From an uncultured Verrucomicrobiae bacterium (GTDB lineage Bacteria; Verrucomicrobiota; Verrucomicrobiia; Limisphaerales; Palsa-1400): a DNA stretch of 64,000 bases. The position numbers and the translations under genes are program-made. Under the pieces are notes generated by a model that saw nothing but the letters and a program-made list of their open reading frames with translations, made no database searches and had not been told where the DNA came from. This document shows positions 1 through 10,548 of the stretch, piece by piece (position 1 is the stretch's first letter; each line of letters begins with the position of its first letter). The stretch spans positions 3,360,001 through 3,424,000 of the forward strand of contig OY969763.1 in NCBI GenBank assembly GCA_963702845.1, in the 5' to 3' direction.

Positions 1-119
1 ATTATCCTTGGAACGCGTCTGACTTTCTTTCGTCCGTCTTTCGCATCCCAGCTCTTTCAATGAACTGAAATGACTTTATCAGGAAACTCACAACTGACTA
101 CTGAATCTTGCTCACAAGG

Positions 120-358
120 TTATTCACCGTTTCCAAAAATTATTCACAACCAAAAACCTCAATAAAATCAATGTTTTCGCGGCTTTTTTGACGTTTTGTG
201 TCAATTGCACAAACCGCATAATTCACAACTCGTGCCCTGACCGTGGATAAGTTTTACCCTGATGTTTGGTGGAATACTTACCTGATGAGTGCACGCGAAC
301 TTCACTGTGAGTTTCCTCAGGGGAAACTCATTTAGCTCTATTTTGTGTTGGTGAATAG
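120..358. promoter_or_regulatory. Cluster of DnaA-box-like 9-mers (candidate oriC element)
   Basis: TTATTCACC 120-128, TTATTCACA 140-148, TAATTCACA 219-227, reverse-strand TTATCCACG 242-250 and CTATTCACC 350-358 in an AT-rich non-coding stretch. Confidence 0.6.
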
Positions 359-522
359 AAAGGCCTCACCTCACCCCGACACTCGGGTCAGACGAGCTGT
401 GCCATGCCAACGTCCGAGGGTCCTGTGAAACCATATTGTGCCAAAACAGGGTGAAGACTGTTGTATTGACAGGGGTTTACCGGCGACATACCGTCAACAA
501 AATACTGCATCGGGTTACTATT

Positions 523-2010
523 ATGAAAACAGGTCTCTTCTTGCTCGGGCTTACGTCTGCTCTAATGACGGCAATCGCCGCAGACGCCCAAATCCTCATC
601 AGCCCAGCCAATCAGACTCTCTTGGCGGGCGACACCCTCACTCTCTCCAACTCCTCAGCGGCACCAAATCTGTCCTACCAGTGGACGCACAATGCTACGG
701 ACATTGCCGATGCAACGAATGATACCTTGGTCATCACCAACGTCCTTCGCGCTACCGCAGGTAGCTACACCGTTGTCGTTACCGGCGAATCGTCGACGAA
801 CAGTGATCCGGCATTCGTCACTGTCATTGACCCCGTTATCACGAATCAACCCACCAGCGGCAACGCGCCAATCGGCACGAAGTACACTCTGAGTGTGGGG
901 GTCGCCGGCACGCCGGTTCCAGGTTTCGCGACCGGATTACATTATCAATGGTACTTCCAAAAATTCGGTGGACCGGCCGCAAAGCCGATGCTCGGAAGAA
1001 CCAACCCGACGCTAAAGTTTACAGCCATCGACGTGATCAATGCGGGTTCGTATTTTTGTGTTGTGACAAATCGCTTTCTGCCCGGCGAAATCGTCGTGCC
1101 GAATGGCAACATTGTTACGAGTGCGGTGGCCACGATCACGACCTTCTATCCGCCAGCGATAAGGGCTCAACCCACCAACATCGTCAGGACCGCAGGCAAC
1201 AATGCTCCGTTCGTTGTTTTGGCTTTTGCCACCGCGCCCTTTCACTATCAATGGAGCTTCAACGGTGTAGAAATTCCAGGTGCAACGAACAGTTCATACA
1301 CACGGCTCGACGTTCAGCCTGCCGATGCGGGCACTTACATCTGCACCGTCACGAATACGCTGGGCGCAAGCACACACACCTCGATCTCGAACGGCCACTT
1401 GATCGTGAACCCGGACAGCAAAAACCCAGCGTCATTCATTACTTATCCTTCGACCGCAACAATTTTGACGAACGGCGTCGTTCGTTCGAACTCGATGGTC
1501 ATCGCCACAGCTCCGGATACAGTCATCGCCGGGCGCGTCACCGACGACGGGTCAATCACCAATGTCACGCTGGTTCGGACCTTCCCACCGTGGGCGACCA
1601 ATTCGCAGTGGGACGTAACGCCACACGGTCAATCGCCCACTCGGCAAACGTGGGTAACAAACGTCACGCTGGTTGATGGAACAAATACCTTCGTTGCCAC
1701 CGCCACCGACAACACCGGCAAGACCAACCAAAGCAATCCGCGAATCATATTCCTGCGCACGCGTGAGCCGTTGGTCGTAAACGTGAACGGCAGCGGAAAG
1801 ACTGTTCCGGTCGGCACGTACTTCGGCGCGGCAAAGAATGGTGCATTGTTAGATGTGAACCGCGGTTATGCCATAAAAGCTGTGGCGACTACTAACGGCG
1901 TCAACTTCGTCAGATGGACTGATGGCGACGGAACCTCGCTCACCAACGGCATTACTCTACAGTTCATCATGACGAATGGCCTGATCTTAAACGCCAACTT
2001 CGATCACTAG
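523..2010 (+). CDS. Secreted immunoglobulin-domain surface protein
   Basis: Signal peptide from ATG 523 (MKTGLFLLGLTSALMTAIAADA); three Ig domains with YQW...DAGxY motifs; further beta-sandwich domains at the C-terminus. Confidence 0.8.
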   Translation: MKTGLFLLGLTSALMTAIAADAQILISPANQTLLAGDTLTLSNSSAAPNLSYQWTHNATDIADATNDTLVITNVLRATAGSYTVVVTGESSTNSDPAFVTVIDPVITNQPTSGNAPIGTKYTLSVGVAGTPVPGFATGLHYQWYFQKFGGPAAKPMLGRTNPTLKFTAIDVINAGSYFCVVTNRFLPGEIVVPNGNIVTSAVATITTFYPPAIRAQPTNIVRTAGNNAPFVVLAFATAPFHYQWSFNGVEIPGATNSSYTRLDVQPADAGTYICTVTNTLGASTHTSISNGHLIVNPDSKNPASFITYPSTATILTNGVVRSNSMVIATAPDTVIAGRVTDDGSITNVTLVRTFPPWATNSQWDVTPHGQSPTRQTWVTNVTLVDGTNTFVATATDNTGKTNQSNPRIIFLRTREPLVVNVNGSGKTVPVGTYFGAAKNGALLDVNRGYAIKAVATTNGVNFVRWTDGDGTSLTNGITLQFIMTNGLILNANFDH

Positions 2011-2195
2011 TCAAACGACTCGCCAAAACACCATAGTGCTCGATGTCGACGGCACCAAACTTTCCAGCGACTGGTATCTGCGGTTTGCCGGTCAAATCAA
2101 CCCGATGCTTCTGAACACACCAACCGCGACGACGAGGTGAGTCCCCGGGCTGTTTGCGTTCTTGCGATTAAATAAATTCCGCTAACATCGCCGCG

Positions 2196-2942
2196 ATGCA
2201 TTTCGGTTTTATTCTTCTGCTTTTCGGCGCCGGCCTCTGGGCTGGCACCCAAAACGCATTGGCTGGTGGCGGTTCGTTTGTCACGTTGCCAGCGTTGATA
2301 CTGTCAGGATTAACCGCCCGCGCAGCAAACATCACTTCCACCATCGCACTCTTCCCCGGCCAGGTCACCACCGGCTGGGCGGGTCACAAATCTGCCACCG
2401 GCACCGCGCGCCTCTCCTTCAAAGCCTTCTTCATTATCAGCTTGATCGGCGGCGCATTTGGCGCGTTTCTGCTGCTGCTCACTCCGCCGAGTTTTTTCGC
2501 AAAACTCGTTCCGTGGCTCGTCCTCTTCGCCACCAGCATTTTCACCTGGGGCAGTTTTTTCCGAAAACAATCACCCGATCACGAACCGCTCAGTCCGTGG
2601 CTCGCCGGCGGCGCGCAATTACTCATTGCGATCTACGGCGGTTACTTCGGCGGCGGTATTGGATTTCTCATGCTCGCCGCTCTGACAATCGCCGGCCTAA
2701 AAGTCCGCGCCGCCGGTGCAACCAAAAACGTCCTCGCCGCGGTCATGAATGCTTCAGCGGTGGTCATCTTCCTTTTTTCAAAAGAAATTGCATGGCTCAA
2801 TGCCGTTATCGTCGGCTTGGGCGCAGTCATTGGTGGATTGATCGGCGCGCACCTGCTCCAGCGCGTCAACGAACGAGTCCTCCGCATCGGCATCGTTGTC
2901 CTCGGTCTCGCACTTACTGTCGGCCTGTTCCTGCGTCAGTGA
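2196..2942 (+). CDS. Sulfite exporter TauE/SafE family membrane protein
   Basis: NALAGGGSF and YGGYFGGGIG motifs; about 8 TM segments. Confidence 0.9.
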   Translation: MHFGFILLLFGAGLWAGTQNALAGGGSFVTLPALILSGLTARAANITSTIALFPGQVTTGWAGHKSATGTARLSFKAFFIISLIGGAFGAFLLLLTPPSFFAKLVPWLVLFATSIFTWGSFFRKQSPDHEPLSPWLAGGAQLLIAIYGGYFGGGIGFLMLAALTIAGLKVRAAGATKNVLAAVMNASAVVIFLFSKEIAWLNAVIVGLGAVIGGLIGAHLLQRVNERVLRIGIVVLGLALTVGLFLRQ

Positions 2943-3113
2943 CGCGAGCACGAGCCGTCGATAAAACACCCGACACCCGACGTCATCAAGTTCTCCTGAG
3001 CCGCACACAAGCGAAGCCTGAACGCCTCTCCGTAAAACCCGCATGCACCCGTTCATCCCGTGCCCGATTGGAGCCCACCTCACGTTTGTTAAACTCAAAA
3101 TGATTTACGACCT

Positions 3114-4247
3114 ATGATTATCGGGAATTACGGCAAATACGCTTTGTGCTGCGCCACCACCGCGCTGCTACTCACCCTTCTGCACGCCTCGGCCGCCGTC
3201 GCGCAGACCTTTGGCACCGGCACGTTCCAGGGCATCATTTACTCCGATAGCGACAACGATGAAGGTTTCGGTTCCATCAGGCTGACACTCAATAAAACCG
3301 GTTCATTTACCATGTCCTTTAACGTCGGCGTCAACAGCGTCGGCCATCATTACTATAGCCGCGTCGGCAAGTTCGATCAAAGCGGCCATTATTCATTTTC
3401 AGGCCCAGCGCCGACCGACACTCGCTACGAAATTCCAGTCAACATGGACCTGCAACTGGACTCGACCGATTCACCCACGCGCATCACAGGTCAACTAAAC
3501 GATTATACCCATTCATCGCACATCGAGTTGGAAAAGATTTTTGTCGCGAGCCGTTTCAATCCCTGCCCCGAAGCGGGCGTTTACACCTATCTCTTTTCCG
3601 CGACACATCAACCCGACCCGAACGGCACTGGCTACGGTCGTGTCATCGTCAATACATCAGGCTATCTCTACGCTTATGGATACACGCCGGATGGCCGTTT
3701 CTTCGCCCAGAGCGCAAACGTCACCGTCAATGACCGTTGGCCCGTCTTCACAAAAATGTCAGGCACGATTAACGGAGTCTTTTCTGGCTGGCTGAATTTC
3801 CAGGACCAATCTGATACCGATTTTAGTGGCCAACTCACATGGATTGGGCCCGAAGAACCTGGTCCCAACCACGCGTTCGTCCCGCAATTCGTCACCAGCA
3901 TCAATGTCGCCGGGAGCCGCTACGTCTACACTCCGCGCATGACCGCGCTCGACCTTAACTCCAGCACCAACAACATTCACCTCACTTTCACCGATGGCGG
4001 ATTGGAAAACGAAATCGATCGTGACCTAACGCTCAACCAATATAATCGAATCATTTTCTCCCCGCATCAAATGGGTGATTCAATGTGGGTCTCACCAACC
4101 ACTGGTTTATTCGGCGGCACTTTCATGCACACCGATGGCCGTATCTATGGATTTCATGGAGCCGTCCTGCAAAAGCAAAACATCGGCGGCGGCCAATTCG
4201 TCACTCGAGATCACAACTCCGGCGCCGTGAGTTTCACTGCGAATTAG
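3114..4247 (+). CDS. Secreted beta-rich hypothetical protein
   Basis: Signal peptide ending AVA-Q; Gly/aromatic-rich beta-strand pattern (GTGYGRV, GVFSGWLNF, TGLFGGTF). Confidence 0.7.
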   Translation: MIIGNYGKYALCCATTALLLTLLHASAAVAQTFGTGTFQGIIYSDSDNDEGFGSIRLTLNKTGSFTMSFNVGVNSVGHHYYSRVGKFDQSGHYSFSGPAPTDTRYEIPVNMDLQLDSTDSPTRITGQLNDYTHSSHIELEKIFVASRFNPCPEAGVYTYLFSATHQPDPNGTGYGRVIVNTSGYLYAYGYTPDGRFFAQSANVTVNDRWPVFTKMSGTINGVFSGWLNFQDQSDTDFSGQLTWIGPEEPGPNHAFVPQFVTSINVAGSRYVYTPRMTALDLNSSTNNIHLTFTDGGLENEIDRDLTLNQYNRIIFSPHQMGDSMWVSPTTGLFGGTFMHTDGRIYGFHGAVLQKQNIGGGQFVTRDHNSGAVSFTAN

Positions 4248-4263
4248 CGTTAAACAAGCGCGA

Positions 4264-7200
4264 TTACCAATTTGCGCTGTTGCTCCAAATCGGCACGGAG
4301 TTGTTGGTGGCTTTGCGAATAATCACGCCGTTGCCAGGGACAAATACCGGTGTGTTGCCGACATCCGTCGAACCCGCGCCGACCGATCGCCACGCGTTGT
4401 TCCAATAATAATAAACCGCCGCCGCCGATTTATTTTTCGCGATGACGGTGTTGTCGAACGTCAGCAGTTCGTCGGTGCGGCTTCCCGGGATGGGGCTCGC
4501 CATAAACGCGCCGCTGCTGATCAGTCCAGATTCGTTCAGGGTCAGAAAAGTGGGGCGAGCGAGGCCGATGAAGTTGTCTTGCCCGACAGACATTTGCGCG
4601 CGCAACGGGATGGAAATTTTCGCCGCGTCAACCATGCCAACCGCGGTCCAAGTGGTGTTCGTCGCCACGTTGTGACGAACTATAAACTGCGAGTTCGGCG
4701 GGATTATGTCATCGCCATGATCGGTATTCCCCTGCCCGACGATTTTCCAAACGCCGGCGTTGAAGAAATAAATTTTCGCGGCACTGAGATTGATGCCCGC
4801 GCTGGCCAAGTCCGGCATGAGCAATTCGCTGTTACGCGTACCGAGGGTTGGAGAGACGTTGATAGCCGAGGCGCCATTGAATACTGATGTAAACGACCAA
4901 TTTGGTTCGACCGACACGATATCGCCAGGTGAAAGCGTCGACAGATCGCTGGCCGACAAATCGACCGTGAGCGAATTTGCATTGTTCGCGACGACCGGCC
5001 AGATACGACCCTCGGCGGTGCCCGAGGTCAGCCGCACGTAATAATGATTCGTCTGCGTCCCGGCAGAATAGACAAACTGGTTCGCAGCCCAGTCGGGAAA
5101 GCCGGTAATGGCGATGACGTTGCTGGCGATGAAACTGATTTGCGCCGGTGTCGCTCCTGGCCGAACAAATGGGACCGATACGAAATTGTCCGAGTTGCTG
5201 AAAAACGGCAGACGCATGTAACCCGCGATTTCGCTGAATCCAGCCACGGATTCGATTCGATAAAAGCGCTGTGAGTTGGTGGCACTGTCGGTCACCGTGA
5301 TTCGCGAACCGGACGGCGTGAGCCCGTTGCTGAGCGTCAACCATTGCGGGTTAACTAATGTGTCGTTGTAACGAAGACTGTAGCTATTGCCGGCAATCGC
5401 GTTCCACGTGAACGTCATGCCGCCGCCTGAATTCGGTGTCGCATTGATAAGCCGCAAGCCGCCAAGAACGACGCTCATCGTATTCGTGACTGCGCCTTGG
5501 TATTGCGGGTCAACCACGGTTGCGACAACGGTGTAAGCGCCGGGGTTGGTCGGCGCGACGGACAAGCCGTTGTAAGTGACGTAAGTGTTGAGACTTGGCG
5601 GTATCGTAGCGACAGAAACGGTTTTGGCTGTGCCGTCGTAATTCTGGACAAGGTTCGACAGCGAGACCGTCGCATTGCTAACGACCGTCGCCATCGACCC
5701 AACAGTGAAACTGCCGCTGACGACGTTGCCGGATTTCAGCGTCAGGATTTGGTCTGGCACAATCGGGGTGGTGAAATCGTCTGGCAGACTGACCTGTTGA
5801 TTAACATAGAGCACCGTGCCCTGGCTGTTCGTACCACCGCGGCAATGGAACCGTTGTGATGAACTGAACGCAACGCGCAAACCATCGCCTTGCGACGAAG
5901 TAAGACCGGCCCAATTGCAGTCGTATTTGGTCGAGTCGAAATCAAACGAATTCGGCGCCCACATTCCAGTGATGTCAGCGTTCATGGACGCGGGTGTGGC
6001 AGCGCCGGTCGGTCGCGCGATGCTGGTGTTCGGATAATACGACCAGCGTGAGGCGCGGTCCCACGAAAAGTTCGTGTAGGTCGTCGGCATCTGGAACGTC
6101 CATCCGAGTTCTTGCACGATCCAATTGGCCCCAGTCCAATTGATAGCGTAAGAGAACTGATTGTTGGTGTATTGCGCCGTCAGTGTGCCGAGCGTTGACG
6201 CGCCGCCGTTGCCGCCAACGATGTTGCCGGAGAGGCTTTGCAGTTGGCTGAGGTTCGTTGCATTTACCGGCGTGATGACAACGTTCGCCAGCGTCGATGG
6301 ATACCGGTTTACTTTTTGCCAATAGTTGGGATCCGAAACCGTCTGCCGCACAATGACGTTGAGGTGCGGAATCGGCAGGTTTGCCGGAAGCGTGGTATTC
6401 AGTGAAGAGGTCGTGATGTTCGCGATGACGAACCGGCCGGCGACAATATCGTTACCATCGGGATGGATGAAGTCGACCTGCAGCGAATCAGCGATGGCCA
6501 GCGCGTTTGTCGGCACCGAAATTTGCACGACGCCATTACTGCGCGGCGGCACGGACGTAGTCGTAGTGCCGGATGCAAGGGTGACGGCACCACGTTGCAG
6601 TTGCCACGCGATTGTTAAATACGATAGGTCGGTGAACGAGTACCGATTCGTAATCGGAAAAGATAATTGGCCAGACGCTGAGATGGTCAGCACGTTGGCG
6701 AATTGAATCGGCGAATAAATCATTTTTGCCTCGTAAACACTCGGGCGCGGATTGCGGAAACCATCCGTCATCCCCTTGCATTTCAAAAGGTGAATGCCGG
6801 TTTGCGGGAAGTAGTAGAGCAATTGCACGCCAGTGCTTTGATACGTGTTATAGCTGGAGTCAGGATTCGGATCGGCGACGGCACGATCTGACCACTCGAA
6901 CGGGAACGTGCCGATGATCGTGTCGTATTGCATACAAACCTTCCAAACACGTTGCTGCGCCAGGCCCCAGCGTTCCCACATACTCGCATCGGCTGCGAGA
7001 CGGACATCCCACGTATTCGGCTGTTCCATATAAATATATGGATGACCCGTGGACGGTGCCGCGAGCGCATCACTGATCATCGTATTGGTTGTCGGATAAT
7101 GACGATCGCCGAGTTCGACGTTGTATTGCGACGCGTCGAACCTAGAGACAAGTCGCGGGCGGGTTGGGTCGATGGATTTGATCAAGTCCGCGGTAACTTG

Positions 7201-10200
7201 CAGGTTTGTCCCCGCGGCGTTTTCGTTGCCGATTGCCCAAATGACAACGGATGGATGATTGCGGTCGCGTCGAAGCGTTTCGCGCGTGCGTTGTTCGAAG
7301 GCGGAGCGGAAACCGAGATCAGGCGTTTCGTTGTCGCACCAGCAGAGCGGCAGTTCATCGGCAACATACATGCCGAGTTCGTCACAGAGATCATAGAAGC
7401 CGGCGCCAAACGTGTAGTGCGTGGTGCGGATGGCGTTAATGTTCGCCGCTTTCATTTGAAGAATGTCCGCACGCCATTGATTGGAGCCGATGGCGTTGCC
7501 GTAAGCAGCCCATGAATCGTGATTGCAAACGCCAGCCATTTTCACGGGAACCCCATTAAGCAGCAACACGGCGTTGCTGATGGTCAGTTCGCGAATGCCG
7601 ACGCGATTGATGACCGTTTCGAGAAGTTGCCCGGCGCCGTTATGGAGTTGAAGTGTGTATGAATACAGATTCGGAAATTCAGCGGACCAAAGTTTTGGTT
7701 GATCGACGATTTGTGAAAAAACGGCTTTGCCGTTAGCTGCATTCGTTGTGATGGTAACGTTGTTGAACGTCAGCGAAACGAGAGTTGAGGCATCGCCGCT
7801 GTTCACGGCAGTTGTGACGTCGACTTCGGCCTGGTTGTTCGGGAGCAGATACGTTGTGACCTGGACATCGGCGAAGTTGGTGTATGGGACTGAGAAGCAC
7901 GTGACCGGTCTGAAAATTCCGCCGAGCGCAAAATAATCGCCGGTATCGAGATCGACTGATGCCGCTTTTTTGACGACGCGCACCGCGAGAAGGTTGGACG
8001 TGCCGAATTTAATTTGCGGTGTCAGATCCACATTGAATGCCGACCAACCACCTTCGTGATAGTTGCTGATGCCCCAAGTCGGCTCGTCGACCGAAACCGA
8101 CTGACCGTTCAGCCAGATTTCGACGCTGTCTTGCACGCCATCAAAGTTCAGATAGATAAGCCGGCCGCGCCACGAATCAGGAACGGTCAGCCAATAGCGG
8201 TAGAGGCCGGAGGTGTTGTCGATGCCGGTGTAGGTGCAGGGTGAAAAGCCGCCCATTTCCCAATTACTCGGAACGGCGATGTTGGTCCAGGACGCCGTTT
8301 CGACATAGTTGGTTTGCTGGAACAATTCGCCTGAGTCGGTGATGAAAATGTTCGGCACTGAGCCGCTGAAGTAACTGGACATCCGCTCGAGGTCGAAACG
8401 CCACGTGCCATTGAGCGACATGACGTAATTGGTATCCGTCGGCACTACGGCCAACACATTTGAGCTTTTCAGGTCGAGATAAACTGTGCCGCTAGCGGTA
8501 AGTCGGCCATCGGTGATGGTGTAGTTAAAGGAGTCATCCGCGTAAAGCGGGCCGGCATAGTAAATGTTCGTGCCGTCGGTCGTGACGCTGATGCCGTTGG
8601 CGCTCGTCGAATTAACACCGTTGAACGAAACAGGATCGTGGTCTGGATCACTCCAGCCGGCGAGGGTCGCCAGATTAGTGATCGCAATTTGGTAGCTGCC
8701 GCCAGGCGTCGGATTGTTGGTGATATTGTTTGCGATAACGGGCGGGTGATCATTTGTGATGACGAGATACAACTCGCTCGTCGCGACGTTCAACGAAACG
8801 TATTGGCCTGACGCAACGCCCCCGCCGCTCACCGTCACTGGCGGAAGTCCGGCGCCGGAAACAGCACCAGCCGTCGTGGCTGAGATGATTTTGTAATTGC
8901 CGGAAGCCAATGGCGCGCCGGTATTGTTGATTTTGAACGTCGTGCTGGAATTCAGCGTGAGCGTGCCGTTTGAAATGGTGAACGATGGTGTGCCAGAATA
9001 ACGCAGCGAGAGGATGCCCGGGCCGGAGTTGATGTCGCCGGCGAGAATTGCGCCGGAACTGCTATTGCTAACCGTTTGGCCCGGAGCAATCGTCAGCGGA
9101 GACGTGAGGCCGGACGTGTCGAGAGTTGCGCCACCGGCAACAGCGATCGTTGATGTGTTGTTGATGTAACCGCCGCCGTTGAAGGCAAGCGTGCCTTGCG
9201 AAACCGTCGTGTTGCCGCTGTAAGTATTAGTTACCGCCATCGCGACGGTGCCCGGACCGTTGATCACGAAACTTCCGACGCCACTCCATTGGCTGCTCAG
9301 GGTGATTGTGCGCCCCGGTTCAGGTGCAAAGGACACATAACCAACCCCGCCAAGTCCGTCGATGGTATCGGTGAGATTCACTGATTGGCCGGACCACGTC
9401 CAATTCGCGCCATCACTGAGCACCGAACTGATGTCCCCGGGAAACGTTGGCACCTGTGCAACCATGTCTAGGGTGTGGAAGGTGCCGCCGGAAATGTTGA
9501 CCGATGAAATACCCGCTTTCGCACCGCTGATGCCGTCGGAGCCGATGTAGAGATCGCCGCCGCTGACATTGAATTGTTCGTTTTGCACAACGTTGCCAGT
9601 GCTGAATGCAATGCGATTGCAGTAGAGCGTGCCGCCGCTGATATTAGCGACTCCGTTGATACCAGCCTGCGCGAGATAAAAACCACGGGTGTTGTTATTT
9701 TCGTTGTTAGCGTTGCGCAGTACGTAAAGCGTGCCGCCGGTCATGTTAAAGATGCCCGAGCCAGTGAGTGTGCCTTGGCCACGGCCGGGCTGGAACCAGG
9801 AATGGGCGACCACGGTGCCGCCGTTGACATTGAATACGCCGGACCCGTAGAAGGCGATTTCAACTCCACCGAAGAAATTCGCTGCACCGTTGCTGATGGT
9901 AAAAATGCCGGTGGAATTCAGCGCCTGACCGAGAATCAACCCGTCGCGGACGCCATTCTTTTCAACATTGAGCGTGCCGCCAGTCATGATGAACGAGCCG
10001 CTGCTGCCAATGCCGGTGTTCTGGCCTGAGCCGCCAATAAACAGACTATTGGTGGAAACCCAAAGTGTCCCACCCATCATATTAAATGTGCCAGAGCTGT
10101 TGTTGACTGTTGCGATGTAAAGTTGGCCGTTGGTGTAGGAGCCGTTGAAACTGACCGTGCCGCCGTTCGTGATCCACGCATTGGAATTGTTGTCGGCGGG

Positions 10201-10431
10201 GACGGTGTTCGGGGACCAGTTGGCGCTGACTGAATAATTCGCCCCAGATCCAGCGGAATTGGTCCAAAAATAAGTTGTTGCGCCAGAGGCAGATTTGGCC
10301 AGCGACAAAACACTCACCACTGTGAAAATCGCGGTGAAAATAAACTGGCAACGACAACGATTGATAATCGTCAAGTAAACCAAAAATCGAGACCATCTGT
10401 CGATTTCAAAGCCGCGCCTCCCATAAGTCAT
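4264..10431 (-). CDS. Large secreted multidomain protein: beta-helix/autotransporter-type repeats + cadherin-like + GH2 glycosidase + MBG + TIGR02597-like C-terminal domain
   Basis: NTYSGNTTVSQGTL repeat; GH2 motifs LWSAEFPNLY, NINAIRTTHY, RDRNHPSVVIWAIGNE; MBG-like YDGTAK...PTNPGAYTV; C-terminal SDNFVSVPFVRP. Start codon uncertain. Confidence 0.85.
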   Translation of the reverse strand: MTYGRRGFEIDRWSRFLVYLTIINRCRCQFIFTAIFTVVSVLSLAKSASGATTYFWTNSAGSGANYSVSANWSPNTVPADNNSNAWITNGGTVSFNGSYTNGQLYIATVNNSSGTFNMMGGTLWVSTNSLFIGGSGQNTGIGSSGSFIMTGGTLNVEKNGVRDGLILGQALNSTGIFTISNGAANFFGGVEIAFYGSGVFNVNGGTVVAHSWFQPGRGQGTLTGSGIFNMTGGTLYVLRNANNENNNTRGFYLAQAGINGVANISGGTLYCNRIAFSTGNVVQNEQFNVSGGDLYIGSDGISGAKAGISSVNISGGTFHTLDMVAQVPTFPGDISSVLSDGANWTWSGQSVNLTDTIDGLGGVGYVSFAPEPGRTITLSSQWSGVGSFVINGPGTVAMAVTNTYSGNTTVSQGTLAFNGGGYINNTSTIAVAGGATLDTSGLTSPLTIAPGQTVSNSSSGAILAGDINSGPGILSLRYSGTPSFTISNGTLTLNSSTTFKINNTGAPLASGNYKIISATTAGAVSGAGLPPVTVSGGGVASGQYVSLNVATSELYLVITNDHPPVIANNITNNPTPGGSYQIAITNLATLAGWSDPDHDPVSFNGVNSTSANGISVTTDGTNIYYAGPLYADDSFNYTITDGRLTASGTVYLDLKSSNVLAVVPTDTNYVMSLNGTWRFDLERMSSYFSGSVPNIFITDSGELFQQTNYVETASWTNIAVPSNWEMGGFSPCTYTGIDNTSGLYRYWLTVPDSWRGRLIYLNFDGVQDSVEIWLNGQSVSVDEPTWGISNYHEGGWSAFNVDLTPQIKFGTSNLLAVRVVKKAASVDLDTGDYFALGGIFRPVTCFSVPYTNFADVQVTTYLLPNNQAEVDVTTAVNSGDASTLVSLTFNNVTITTNAANGKAVFSQIVDQPKLWSAEFPNLYSYTLQLHNGAGQLLETVINRVGIRELTISNAVLLLNGVPVKMAGVCNHDSWAAYGNAIGSNQWRADILQMKAANINAIRTTHYTFGAGFYDLCDELGMYVADELPLCWCDNETPDLGFRSAFEQRTRETLRRDRNHPSVVIWAIGNENAAGTNLQVTADLIKSIDPTRPRLVSRFDASQYNVELGDRHYPTTNTMISDALAAPSTGHPYIYMEQPNTWDVRLAADASMWERWGLAQQRVWKVCMQYDTIIGTFPFEWSDRAVADPNPDSSYNTYQSTGVQLLYYFPQTGIHLLKCKGMTDGFRNPRPSVYEAKMIYSPIQFANVLTISASGQLSFPITNRYSFTDLSYLTIAWQLQRGAVTLASGTTTTSVPPRSNGVVQISVPTNALAIADSLQVDFIHPDGNDIVAGRFVIANITTSSLNTTLPANLPIPHLNVIVRQTVSDPNYWQKVNRYPSTLANVVITPVNATNLSQLQSLSGNIVGGNGGASTLGTLTAQYTNNQFSYAINWTGANWIVQELGWTFQMPTTYTNFSWDRASRWSYYPNTSIARPTGAATPASMNADITGMWAPNSFDFDSTKYDCNWAGLTSSQGDGLRVAFSSSQRFHCRGGTNSQGTVLYVNQQVSLPDDFTTPIVPDQILTLKSGNVVSGSFTVGSMATVVSNATVSLSNLVQNYDGTAKTVSVATIPPSLNTYVTYNGLSVAPTNPGAYTVVATVVDPQYQGAVTNTMSVVLGGLRLINATPNSGGGMTFTWNAIAGNSYSLRYNDTLVNPQWLTLSNGLTPSGSRITVTDSATNSQRFYRIESVAGFSEIAGYMRLPFFSNSDNFVSVPFVRPGATPAQISFIASNVIAITGFPDWAANQFVYSAGTQTNHYYVRLTSGTAEGRIWPVVANNANSLTVDLSASDLSTLSPGDIVSVEPNWSFTSVFNGASAINVSPTLGTRNSELLMPDLASAGINLSAAKIYFFNAGVWKIVGQGNTDHGDDIIPPNSQFIVRHNVATNTTWTAVGMVDAAKISIPLRAQMSVGQDNFIGLARPTFLTLNESGLISSGAFMASPIPGSRTDELLTFDNTVIAKNKSAAAVYYYWNNAWRSVGAGSTDVGNTPVFVPGNGVIIRKATNNSVPIWSNSANW

Positions 10432-10548
10432 TTACCTGACGGGGCTCAAGGGTTTGTCCGCACGTAGAATCCGCTGCTCACCCGATTTGTTGGAAACATC
10501 AGATAAGCCATTATTCGAGTCACATCCGACAACAACGGAGTTTATCAA

